Source: Lama guanicoe (Eukaryota). Taken from it: 64,000 nucleotides of DNA. This document shows, piece by piece, positions 47,590 to 59,929 of the stretch (its first letter is position 1; every line of letters begins with the position of its first letter). The stretch is taken from contig MU053513.1 in NCBI GenBank assembly GCA_013239625.1, forward strand, positions 1,848,927 to 1,912,926, read 5' to 3'. Made by a program: the position numbers and the translations under genes. Below the pieces are notes generated by a model. It was not told the origin of the DNA. It did no database searches and saw only the letters and a program-made list of their open reading frames with translations.

Positions 47590-48830
47590 CTATTCATTTC
47601 ACCAATTTTAAGGCACTGTACTAAGAATAAATGATGATTGTACTGTTCCTTCAAGGAGCATGTAGTCATGTAAGGAATATAGGTATATCAGACTATACAT
47701 TGTAAATGCTATGCTAGAAGAATTAAGCCTTATGGAAATAAAAGAGAGAGAGCAATTAATTCTGATGGGTCATTGAATTGGGCTTTGAGGAAGAAGAGTT
47801 TTCCAGGAATTGAAGATGGGTGAAAGTTACTGCATTTTTCTTTTTTTCCTTTTTTTTTTTTTTTTTAATTAGGAAACTGAAAGTCAGAGTCAGGGCTGTG
47901 TTTTTTAAGACATATATTTGTGAACAAGTACAAGTAAATAATAGATTGCAGTGGGAGACTAAGCTATTACAGTTGTTTAAGTGGAGTGATGATGGCCTGA
48001 CCTGGAGCAATAACAATAGGACAGAAAGAGTAGAAGGTTTTTTTCAAGATATTTCAGAAGCAGAATAAGTAGGGTTTATTGATTGTATATTGGTGGGAAA
48101 AGGAGAGAGTTAAGATGTCTCAAAGTTTTTTAGTTTGGGTGGTTAGACATCTGTCATTTAGATTGTTGACATAGAATTTTTTGGCAGTAGGTAGGAAATG
48201 GGGCTGGAAATTTGTATAAAAGTGTTTACAGGTTAAAATTATCTGAACGAGTTATAATTTTACCTGTGGGGAGAGGATCAGAAAGAGACATGTGTATTTT
48301 GTGGGGAACAGAGAGGAGGAGTCACAGTTGCTGAGAAAATGGAGGGGGAATATCTTGGAAAATTTATCTCAGAGGTAGGAGGAAAACTAGAAGGAAATGG
48401 AGATTAATGATGGGAGTTTCAAAGGAAGGAGAGAAATGTTGATTAAAAGCTTCGGGGTATGTAAATGGTGTGGCCACTGAGAAGAGAAACCTTTGCATTT
48501 GGAAGAAGAACTAGCAATTTGAGAGAGAATTTTAGGAGTTTGGTTTTGCATAATCTCAGAGAGCCAACAGCGTGAGTGGTTTACAAGAAAAAAACAAAAC
48601 AAATGAAATACGAGGGTGTATTAATAGGATTCTGTGCATAATAAGGGATATAATATGTATTCCATGTTAGAGCAAATTTACAATGTTGGCCTTGCTTCTG
48701 AAAGCTGCATTTTAAGAACAGTAAATGACAAATTGAATGTGTTGAGAGAAGCTAACCAGATGATGATGAAGTGTCTGAGAAACTTTGAAGGAATTCAGAG
48801 TGCTTACTGTGAAAGAGGAATGACTTGGTA
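47590..48830 (-). mobile_element. Degenerate L2
   Basis: ttcatttcacc...ccttcaaggagc...gctattacagttgtttaagtggagtgatgatggcctgacc. Confidence 0.65.
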
Positions 48831-48949
48831 AGAAAAGGTGAAGAATCAGGGGATAACTTATTTTTAGGTAGTGAAAAACTGTAATAGTTTCATAGAGTGA
48901 ATTAGATCCAGGTATACTGCCAGACTTTTTCCTTAACTAGGATGTCCTC

Positions 48950-49285
48950 TTAAATAATTCACAGTTATTATAATGATCAAAATTGGGAAATTTAACATTA
49001 ATATACTGTTAACCAATTTATAGTCCTTAGTCAGATTTTGTCAATTATCCTAACTACGTTCATACCCTTTTAAAATCAAGAATTATGCGTTGTATTTAAT
49101 TATTTAAAATCAAGGATCATGCATTATATTTAATTATCCTGTCTCTCTAGGCTCCTTTAATTTGGAACAATTCCTCAAGTTTCTTGACCTGGACATTTTG
49201 AAGAATTTAGGTCAGTTATTTTGTTACTGAATGTACTTCAATTTGTGTTTCTAATGTTTCCTTTTGCTTAGGTTCAGGCTATATA
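48950..49285 (-). mobile_element. L1MC-like 3' UTR fragment
   Basis: aaatttaacattaatatac...aatcaaggatcatgcatt...ctcctttaatttggaaca. Confidence 0.65.
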
Positions 49286-51726
49286 CACTGATACCTTCAA
49301 TTCCAGTCTCTGCAGTATATATTCCAGTTTTCTACTCTGCCATATTTGTAAATCCTTTCTCCAGTAATGGTAAACTAGGTGTGTGTGTGTTGTTTGTTTG
49401 TTTTTGCATTGTGTTTAAAAATACCCTATTAACAAATTTGAACTGCTCAGAAATGAAGAGGGTATCTTATGAGTTTAGAAACTCCCCTGAATTGGAAAAA
49501 GGAAACTGACAACATTCCACAATGATCTCATTTTATCATATGGTAATTATTAAGGTTGGTATGCTTTTCCCTTTTGTACTAGATAAAAGCAGTTAATCTC
49601 TCTTCAGAGAATTGTAGTTTGTTATCAGATATATATAGTCCTTATTCTTTTTCCTCTAAGTATCAGAAAAGCTATTAGGGTATATATCTTCAGGGCTAAA
49701 TCTGAGGGTGCTGTCAGTCATTGGATTGGAAATTTGCTGTTTGGTGTGTGTGCCCATTGTTAACTGTATGCTTTTCTGGGTGATTTTTATGAAGGGGATA
49801 CAGTGAATTTTTGTGAAGGTGATACAGTGATTTTTTTTTTTTTTTTTAGTTAGAACAGTACCCACTGATGACAAATTAGGGTGGCAAATATACTTACAGT
49901 ACATACAGAGTTTAATTTCTTGAATTTTCCCAGGAAATTTTTAAATGAAAAATATGCTTTGTTTATAGTATATATTCATAAATGTGTGGTTCCTGTTAGG
50001 TCAGCTATTTTTAGATATAAATTGGAAGAAATGGAGATTAGCCTAGAATCATCAAAAGCTTGGATTAGGTCACAATGATAGTGTAAAGGGTAGGAAAGAA
50101 GTATGATACTTAGGTTCTAAAATAATGGGATAGAAGTAATCGTGGCCTGATCGTCTCCCTTAAGAGCCATACCTTTACCTGCTAGAAAATGAAATGCGCC
50201 TCTTCAGTATTATTGGTCCTTATTGGTATATCTCTACCATAAATGTGCTTTTCTGGCTTCTCGTATATAGTACTGTTAATTTCAAATGTAGTTAACTTTA
50301 AAACCTTTTTGTTGAAGTATAACATACATACGTAAAACACATCATCATTAAATGTATAGCTTAGGGAATTTTCAGAAACTGAACTAGCAACTAGATCAAG
50401 AAAGAGGACATAAGCAGTACCTTCTTTCATTTTCTACTTCTCCATGTTGAGGGTAACTTTTGTCTTGACTACTGACAGTACAGATTAGTTTCTGATTTTG
50501 AACTTTATGTGAGTGGTGTCATGTAATGTTAACTTTTGAAAGATTTTAAACCTAAATATTTTCACCACTTGTTATCAAATTACAGAATCATAAAAGTTTT
50601 CTTTTTTCACATCTGGGGAAAAGATTATCTTTTGTATTTGTGTGATTAGTTTGAAATCTGATGAAATATCAGAAGTAGTTTTAATGTCCCAACAGAATGG
50701 ATCTGGTTGAATTAGGGACTAATAAGGTTTTTGTATAGCCATTAACAATTTTGAGACTTAACCATGTGACATGTTGAGTGTGTATTTGTGTGTGGGGAGC
50801 AAGATGAAAACCTAAGACTTAAAAAATGCACGTGTAAGTAGGATTGGAAGACCACTAGTATATTAAGTGGTTGCTGAAATGGGTTAAACTGTATTTCTAC
50901 TTCATATTAAGGATGTGTCTAATAATGATTGTATAATAATTATTTGTTTAACAAGTATGTATTGAACAGTAAGTTCTAGACTAGGATCTGGATTAAAAAA
51001 GTGAAAACATAAAGTCCTTGTAGTGGAGGTTATGTTCAAGTTTCGGTAGCTAGCAAGCAGATATTCCACTTAACCTTATTAAATTGCTATTATTTGATCA
51101 TTTTTGACCTATTTAACTGGCAGTTTCATATGATTCAGCCTAATATGTATGTCAGATGGTGATAAGTGCTGTTGAAAAAAACTGAAAGTAGAGTAAAGGG
51201 GATGTAGATTGTGGTGTGTGGAGGCAGGGAGTGGTTATCGGAGAATATCATATGTAGGCTCTCAGGGAGGCCTGATACAGTGATACCTGAGCAGAGAACT
51301 GAAAGAAGTGAGGGGGTTAACCAGAAAAGTACTCCATGCAGATGGAACAGTAAATTGAAGTCCTGAAGCCTGCAGCTGTGTATTGGTGTATGCTTGGTGA
51401 TAATGCTTTAACATGTTTTTGCAGTATCATATGTTCTAAACACGTCCCAGCTTAGGCCAACTATATTAGCACATTAAAATTTCCTAGGCAGAAAAGTAGA
51501 ATTAAGATATGATTATCTTATATGTGTTTTTTACATATGTGTGTTTTCTGGATAACAGTTCACAACTTTCTGTGTAGAACTTCTTATTTATTATTTCCCC
51601 ATAGAATCTGTATTTTCAAAGATTTTATTTACCAAACAAATTGTGTTAATACTCCTGATCAGCATTGAGATAACTAATGTTCCCATATAACTTTCTAGTC
51701 AAGAAACATAGGTAACAATGTAGATA

Positions 51727-52339
51727 TGGTTGATTCTCATTATTTGCAGGTTCTATATTTATGAATTCACCTATTTGCTAAAGTTTATTTATAAGACCAA
51801 AATCAATACTCCTGGAGCTTTTATGGTCATTCACAGACATAGGCAGAGTGGTGAAAAATTTGAGTTGCCTAAGGCACATGTTCTCAACTGAGGTTGAACA
51901 AGGTCATGCTCTGCCTTCTTTCAGCTCTCATACTGTAAACAGTGTTCTTTTCATGGTCTATTTAGTGTCATGTCTTTCACATTTTTGTGATTTTTGGGGT
52001 GAGATTTTGCTGTTTAAAGTGACCTCCAAGTGTAATGTGATCTTATACAGAGAAAATAGAAAATACGTGTTAGATAAGTTTCGTTCAGGAATGAGTTATA
52101 GTGCTGCTGGCAGTGAGTTCAATGTTAATGAATCAATAGTATGTATTATATAAGGTGTCTTTAAACAGAAACATATGTAAAACAAGGTTAGGTGTTGATC
52201 AGCTGATGAAAATGTGACCAGAGGCTTGCAGGAATTTAACCCTACATTTCCCTTAGGAGAAATGGTTCAGTATTGGCTAATTCAGTGTTTTGTGGCACCT
52301 TCATAGAACATAAATACTGCGAATAATGAGAATCAACTG
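51727..52339 (+). mobile_element. MER82-like TcMar-Tigger DNA transposon, near full length
   Basis: 21-bp TIRs (tggttgattctcattatttgc / gcgaataatgagaatcaactg) flanked by TA; internal ttcagctctcatactgtaaaca. Confidence 0.88.
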
Positions 52340-53649
52340 TATGAGATTTGTTACGGCAGTTTTAGGTTTTTTAAATATTGAAACTGACTTGATAATTCAT
52401 TAACCTCTGTATATTTTTAGAGGTGGAGTGTCTGCTTAGAGGTGGTTTAGTATACTGGTAAAAATTTTTTGTCCCCTATGAGAGAATTGACAGTAAAAAC
52501 ACAAGAATGTAGAAGAATTGCTGTACATCTGATAAGATTTCAAGGTCTTTGCATTTTGAAGTCAGTCCTTGATGATGATATCAAAATATTTCTGGGAGGA
52601 CTCTGTCCTGAGAGAAGAATGGTAAAAATGTGCTAACTCAGTGTGAATCTTTATCTTAGTTTGTATCCTCTTGATTACTTTATTTGCTTTTAAGATGTTT
52701 CCTAGTCTTAATTGTTCTTGATTGCTGTGTTGACCAAAACCATTGAGAATTCTTAGGACAGATGGAATGTGGCCTTTTACTACTTGTGACTGGTTTTTAA
52801 AGAAATTGACATCTAAGATAAAAATCATTGAATAGAATTAATGGAAATTTAGCCTTTTCTTTAAATTATCTAATTGACAAATTCATTATCAGTCTAAACA
52901 CAACACTGCAGAATTTGAATTTAAAATCATTATAAATGCAAGATTTGTTTTTAATATTTTAAAATAAGCACTTACGGTCATAATTATTTGTACCCATTTT
53001 CAAAATGCTACAGCTAGGCAGATTTGAAAGATAGCTTTAGTGAGGAATATTGCTGAAATGAAGACATTTATATAAATAGAAGATAATAGAGAAATCTTTA
53101 TATCACACATTTCACTTAGGCCTTGCTAAATTAATACTTAAGTTGCAAATGTTCATTAAAGATGATGGTAATTGCATAGTACATAACATGTACTCAACTA
53201 ATGTATCTTGAAATCAGTCTTGCTAGTCCAGAATCATTTCCAAACTAGTCTGTTCTAGGAATAGCCAAGCTAGTGTGGATCTCAGAATGATATATAAATG
53301 CTTTCTCATCTCATTTTTTATAAGTCATCAGTCAACTAAGGGAGTGTTTTTGACTTATTGAGAAGTTCAGATTGTTTATGTGGCTTTAGGCCGAACTAAA
53401 TCAAACTGTTTAAATGATGGCCCTTTAGGGGTCTGGTTCCTTCTGTTGCTTGGCCACTGGGCGTTTCAGCCTTATTTTTTGCCACTGTAGGGAAAATCCT
53501 GGCTGTTAGGCTATTTCATTAGCCATAAAAACAGATCTCATGGAGAAGCTGTGGTTGGTGCTGCTTAGGTCATATGCCGTGTATGTATGTGTGTGTGTGT
53601 ACACATATACATGTGTATGAGCAGATGAGATCAGCCATGCTTAAGTTAA

Positions 53650-54720
53650 CTGTGTCACCATAGTTTTACCTGTTCTTGAACTTTATATAAAGGGAAGCAT
53701 ACAATATGCACTCCTTTGTGTCTGTCCTCTTTGGCTGATTATTATGCTTATGAGCTTTATATTATTGCATGAACTTTTAGACTATTTTCATTGCTGTATA
53801 CTGTTTCATTCTGTGAATAATCAACAAGTTATTTATCTATTGTTGTTGGGCATTTAGGTAGTTACAAATAGTGCTGCTATGAACATTCTTATACCTGTCT
53901 TTTGATGAACATCTGTATGCATTTCTTTTTTTCCTACTGTATGCATTTGTCTTGTGTATATTATACCTAGACTAAAAATGGTTGGGTCAGATGATGTGTA
54001 TTTATTGAACTGTAGATAATACCAAACAGTTTTCCCAAGTGGTTTTATCAGTTTATACTCTTGCTGGTAGAGTTCTGGTTGCTCCACATTCTTGTCAATT
54101 TTTGGTTTTGTCCTTTTTAAAAATCGTAGTCATTATGGTTTTGATTTCCATTTCCTTGATGACTAACAACATAAAGCATCATTTCTTGTTTATTGGCTAA
54201 TTGGATCTTTTTTGTGGTCAAGTCTTTGCCCATTGAAAAGATATTAGGTTGTGAATCTTGTTTGTATTGGTTTATAGGAACTTTTAAAATATATTTTTAA
54301 TATGAGTCCTTTTTTGATTGGAATAAGCATTACAAATATTTTCTCCCACTCTGTGGGTTGTCTTTTCATTCTCTTAATGGTATTTTGTGCTGGACAGAAG
54401 TTCTAGAACTATAATAAAATCCAACTGATCCATTTTTTTCAAATGTTGCTTTTTGTGACCTGTTTAAGAAAAATCTTTGTCTACTCCAGGATGATGAAGC
54501 TATTGTTTTTTTTTTTTTTAAGTTTATTTTTCACCTTTCCTGTTTAGATCCGTAGTCTGTGTGAGTTGATTTTTGTGTATGGTGTGAGGTAGTAGTCAAA
54601 ACATATTTTATTCCATATAGATCTCCAGTTGACCCATTATAATCTACTGGAAAAAACTTTCCTTTCCCCATGGTACTGTAACTTTATCTTTGTTATAAAT
54701 CAGGTGACTATATTTGCTTA
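53650..54720 (-). mobile_element. Old L1M fragment
   Basis: cctgttcttgaactttatataa...gctgctatgaacattctt...ttttgtgtatggtgtgaggtag. Confidence 0.85.
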
Positions 54721-54760
54721 TACCCCTTTTGGTTAAAAAATAAGTAGTTCTTTATTAAAC

Positions 54761-54762
<2 letters not shown>

Positions 54763-54806
<44 letters not shown>
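54763..54806. repeat. (TTA)n microsatellite, about 14-15 perfect units
   Basis: Direct reading. Confidence 0.95.
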
Positions 54807-55299
54807 GTCATGAGTAAAACCTAAAGTAAAGGTAATTATAGGAGAAAAATTTGATTTTGATCTTACAAATCTTTGTTTGATCATGTGTCAATATTTATTT
54901 AATTGGCTTATTTCTCTTAAGTTTTCTATTCTAGGAGATAAGTAGGAAATACATATGGTGAAGGGCACTTTTGGTATCAAGGCTTGGGCCCTGTCTAAGG
55001 AAAGGTGTTCTGGCCCCACACCGTTCCTTAAATAGGTGTCTTTTCCCTCTTCATGAACAAAAAGAGGGAATGACTTTGCAGGAGAGACTGAATGACTTAT
55101 AAAGAAGTATAAAGCTCTCTTCTCTAGTTCCCTGTTAAATGTCATTGACTAAATAAGAAACATACTACAGAAAACAATAATAGACCTGTCAAAATATCTT
55201 CTGCTTTTGATTAGCACTGGGCTTTTCTCACAGACTTCGTGAAAGTAGTATATAGTTTGTTATTGATAATCTTAATAAATGTTAATATTCATTATATAT

Positions 55300-55490
55300 A
55301 TATTGTATATATAAATTGATTATGCACTGTGTGCTAGGGGTACTTTATATACATTATTTAATTCCCAGGACAATTCTGTGTTAGGGGTGCTTCCCCGCCC
55401 CAGCCATTTCACAGGTGAGGAATGTCAGGTTAATTCCTCAAGGTCACATAACTAGTAAGTGGTTTAGTTTGGATTGGAACCTAAAACTCT
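55300..55490 (-). mobile_element. MIR fragment
   Basis: gcactgtgtgctagg...catttcacaggtgaggaa...aaggtcacataactagtaagtgg. Confidence 0.7.
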
Positions 55491-58079
55491 GCCCCTCACC
55501 GCCAACACCCAGTATACTCAGATGCCTTTCAGATATATGCTGTAGGTGCATCTACACCATATAGACAAATCACCTTTGATTCATGTTTACAGATTTCTTT
55601 CAAAGAGTGAGTTTTATATTTTTCCACAGATAAATATACAGATAAAAAGATAAAGTATCTTTTATCCTAGTCTTCCTAGGTTTCTTTAATTTGCCCAATA
55701 GACTAGAACTTCTACTACAGAAATAAACATGCTTTGTTGATATATAATTAAGAACATGTAATGGTTTGTTTACAGACCACTAGACTCCTTGAGTCTGGCT
55801 GACTTAGCTATTAACAAAGTGCCTTTAGATTTTTACCTCTGGAAAGGGAAAAATACTCTGATTTTACCCTCTATTTGTAAGGAGCTTACTTCAAGTTGAA
55901 GTGCAAAACTGTAACCACTTTATAGCCAAGGAGAAAAGGTCATAAGACCCCAAAACGAAAAAGTACCTAGCCTTAAATATTTTGATGCTGAATCTGGGGA
56001 AATAGAAATGGATATTGTATTGAAGGGAAATTTGGGGAACTATATTGAGGTTTTCTTTCTTCTTTCTTAAAAAAAATTTTTTTTCTTTTGCAGTCCAGTT
56101 TTTGAACTTGGAATACTAATGGAGACCTTTAAAGTATCCTTAGGCAAAGTATCTCCTACATGAGGACCTTTCACATTTCATGCCATTGCTGTAAAATGGG
56201 CAGTATTCAAATGAACTCATTCATATAGTTCGATATATTTGTTTAAAATCCATTTTTTAAAGTGTTTTTGTGAAAGTATATGTGTATTTGGGACCAAAAG
56301 ATTTTTTGATTATTCGTTTGTGAGGTTGAGTTTAAATTATTGGGAAAATGAGGTAGGGTTAATGAATTTTATCAACAACTTGGACTTTTATGTTCTATGT
56401 GGAGTTAGATGTAGGTGTTTATGAACATAACTTGTGTGTTTGTAGGTCATAATAATACTGTTTCACAAAATTTAATCATGTATAACTTAGTTTTTGTTGT
56501 ATCTGGATATAATTTGTATAATTCTTAAGACTTTCTTTGACTAAACTGTTTTCAGCCTAGCCTCAGTTAAAATTTAATAAAATCATTGGTTTAATGTATT
56601 AGTTATGCTTTTTTATAATACTCCATTAAATAAACACTGCTTAAATAAAATTGAAAGTTTATTTTTTTTTTTACTACCTGAAATTCTCAGTATAGGAGTG
56701 AATAAAATACTTTGAGAAGTGTGGAATTAACTGAATTATCACATGTAAATCAAAATGTAACTCTCAAACTCATGGGGAAAAAATGGGAAATAGCCTCTGG
56801 TGAGCCTGTAGCTTATAGAAAAATTGTTCCTAAATGGTTTTTTAAACTCCGTTTATCTCCTTGGATTCACTTGTTTTTTATGTTTTACTTTATTCAGTGC
56901 TCTTTGATCTACTAATATGACAATAGAATTTAATAATATTTAGAAATGACAGCCTGATAATTTTGTCTTTTTAGTACTTTTGTATATCCTTTTGTTGTGT
57001 ATTGTTACAACTTCAGTGGTTCCAGGTTATTGTGTTTAATGAAAAAGGTTAAAAATATTTTTACAGACCAGTCTAGTATCATATTTGATATTTTGGGATC
57101 AGTGTGGGGTTGCCAGCTTTTAATTTTGTTTAAAAATGACATTAGAAAATTTACAGAAACCTTTCACATCAAAAAAGAGAAGTGACATGAATTCAAGAAA
57201 AAGTTTTTAAGGAATTAAAAAAGGAATTGAGTAAATCTAGCTTTATGGAAAATGAAGCATATTTTTGTCTCATTTCTCTGATGGTTCTTTGTCAGTTTCT
57301 TGAATTGTCTCTTCTTTTATATGCTGATTCATGGACATTGGTGCCTTCAGAGTTTCTACCCGAAAACCTCTTCCATTCTAACTTGAATTAATTTTCTTTC
57401 ACAGCTTCAGCTGTGATTCATAAATTATGCTTCGGTGGACTATTCGTGTCCTGAAAATTAGCCTGAGGTTTTCTGCTTCCACAGTGGAACAATACAATCT
57501 TTTTGATGAAGATTTGACTTCCTTAGCTTATTCTTTGAACTAGTATTAGAGCATTCACTTATATACCATAAGCCAGAGAAAGCAAATTAAATGATCTTCT
57601 TCACCCTTTTGCGATGACATCATTAAAGTGCACATTATATATGTATATAAAAGAATATGATGAATGATTGAATATGTTTATGGGTGAGTACGTTGGATGA
57701 TAGAGGAAAAGGAATTTAAAAGGTTACTCCTAGGATTTTCATTTTGACAGTAGGGTATTTTGTAGTATCATTCATTTAGATAAATAATTCTGATGTCATG
57801 AACCAGGTATTGGTATTGGGGCTGAAGGGAAGATGGTCAGTTAAGTTTTGAACAAGTAGACTGAGTTTTTTTTATGGAGTCCAGCAAGCAGCTGGGTATG
57901 TGAAACTGCAGCTGTGAAGGGAAATGTAGAAGCTGACAGATTGAGGAGCTCTCAGCATTGAAGTTACTGTGCAAGGATAAAAGAAGGCAATAACAGAAGG
58001 GGGACTAGGACAGAAACTTGCAGAGTACTCCTGGAGGAGAGAGAGGAAGTGTAATTGTTAGAATCTTTGACTTTCTCTT

Positions 58080-58620
58080 AAAGCCCCACATCCAGTATGT
58101 TAATGATAGTGAGTTCTGTTGGGCCTGCTTTCAAAATGTATGTTGAAATGGATAATTTCTTGCCACTTCCTTTGACAGTACACTGTTGTTTCTCCCATAG
58201 TAATAATAGCTTCTGAACCCATCCTTCCTGTTTCTACTCGTTTGCTGTCTACAGTCTGTTCTGTACACAGCTATCTGAATGATCTTTTTAGATAAATGTC
58301 AGATCATGGTACTCCCTTGAATAAAACTCTCCAGTGGCTTTCATCTCACTCTGAGTAGAATCCAAAGTCCTAACCATGGCCTACCAGCTCCTACATGATT
58401 GCTATTTATGTGTTAGGTCATTAGAAAATTCTTCCCTGACCACTCATCATTTTTCATTATCTTATCTTGATTTGTTTTTCATAGCACTAGATATATCTTT
58501 TGAATTGTTTACACAAAATGTAAGCTCTATGAAAGCAGGAACTTTCCTTTGCATTCCCAGTGCCTAGAACAGTGCCAGGACCACAGTTGGTCTCAATTAG
58601 TGTTTGTTGAATGAATGAAA
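58080..58620 (+). mobile_element. L2 3' end
   Basis: tcagatcatggtactccc...gtaagctctatgaaagcagg...cagtgcctagaacagtgcc...tgttgaatgaatgaa. Confidence 0.8.
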
Positions 58621-58679
58621 ACAAGTGATAGTATTAGACATGGTCACTTCTTTGTTTAAAAATGTTTTTGTTCTTGGGA

Positions 58680-58830
58680 AGTATTTTCAAGATCTTGTAG
58701 TAGCTCACGGTAAAAAAGAATATTAAAATGAATATATGTATATTCATGTATGACTGGAAAATTGTACTGTACACCAGAAATTGATACAACATTGTAAACT
58801 GACTATAACTCAATTAAAAAAATAAAGTTT
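58680..58830 (+). mobile_element. Very short young L1 3' end
   Basis: tgtactgtacaccagaaattgatacaacattgtaaactgactataactcaattaaaaaa. Confidence 0.8.
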
Positions 58831-58914
58831 GCATGATAAAAAAATTTTTTTTATTCTTTTATTCTCTTTGTTCACATTTTTCATTGTACTCTTGTTCCTT
58901 TCTCATTATGGTCT

Positions 58915-59008
58915 TTTTTTTTTTTTTTAATGGAGGTCCTGGGGATTGAACCCAGGACCCCGTGCATGCTAAGCATGTGTTCTACCACTGAACTATACCC
59001 ACCTCCCC
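58915..59008 (-). mobile_element. Camelid-type tRNA-derived SINE, short form (tRNA head plus A tail)
   Basis: Near TSD CATTATG(G/C)TCT at 58904-58914 and 59009-59019. Confidence 0.92.
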
Positions 59009-59929
59009 CATTATGCTCTTGAGTTCACATTCACACAGCAGCCAGAAAGATCTTTTAAAAATGTGTATTTAGATTGTATTATTCTTTTCTTTAAAATTCT
59101 TCAGTAGAATAAGTAATTCAAATTAAATTAAAAATATAAAACAAATTAAAAAATAAATAAAAACAAAATAAAGATCAGATTCCTACCATAGCCTACAAGC
59201 CCTTCATGGTCTTGCAGCTGTCAGCTTTAAACCTTATTTCATGATGTTTTCTTGCTTCCTTACTGAAGATCCAGCCTCACTGGCTTCATTCAATCCCTTT
59301 GATTTGTCAGGTCTTTTTCTGTTTCAGCACCTCCTTTGATACTGTTTCCCTTTTTCTCAAACGTTTTTCCCCACTGATTTTTCCTCCATATTTACTCTTA
59401 GTTTGAGTAATGTCCCAATAATATTTAATGAACGTTTTCTCAGCACTGGGGAAATAAGTAAGAGAGGCCTTGCGATAAACTAATTTTAGTGAATGAAGCA
59501 CAAGTGAATAGGTGAGTGACTTTACCCTTGCTTTTAACTAGAGCAACTTCGCTTTCTTCTGTTTCTTCAGTATATAATTTAAGAGTTCTTGCTTTAAAAA
59601 AAGGGTTTGGAAAATACTGCATATGCTCAATGGTATGGTAAGAGCTATGCACAGAGTTTCCTGAGAGCACATAGCTTCTTATAGGAGATGGTTGCATCTG
59701 ATCTGTGACTTGAAGGACAATATAAATGTTAGCTGAGCAAAGGAAAGAAGGTAAAGATGGTTGAGGCTGAGGTAGTAGTTTTAATCCTTGGCTGTTTGTT
59801 CATCAAAACTATCCTTAGAACTCTAAAAATATATACCTCTGCACTTTGTGATAATTCATCAAGCTGCACATTTGTAATTTGTGCTCTTCTCTGTATGTAT
59901 ACCATACCTTAATAGAAAAATTAAAAATA

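Noticed and set aside
15598..59008. tRNA-like sequences with A and B boxes
   Set aside because: They have A-rich tails and, in most copies, TSDs, and lack a proper acceptor stem, so they are SINEs, not tRNA genes
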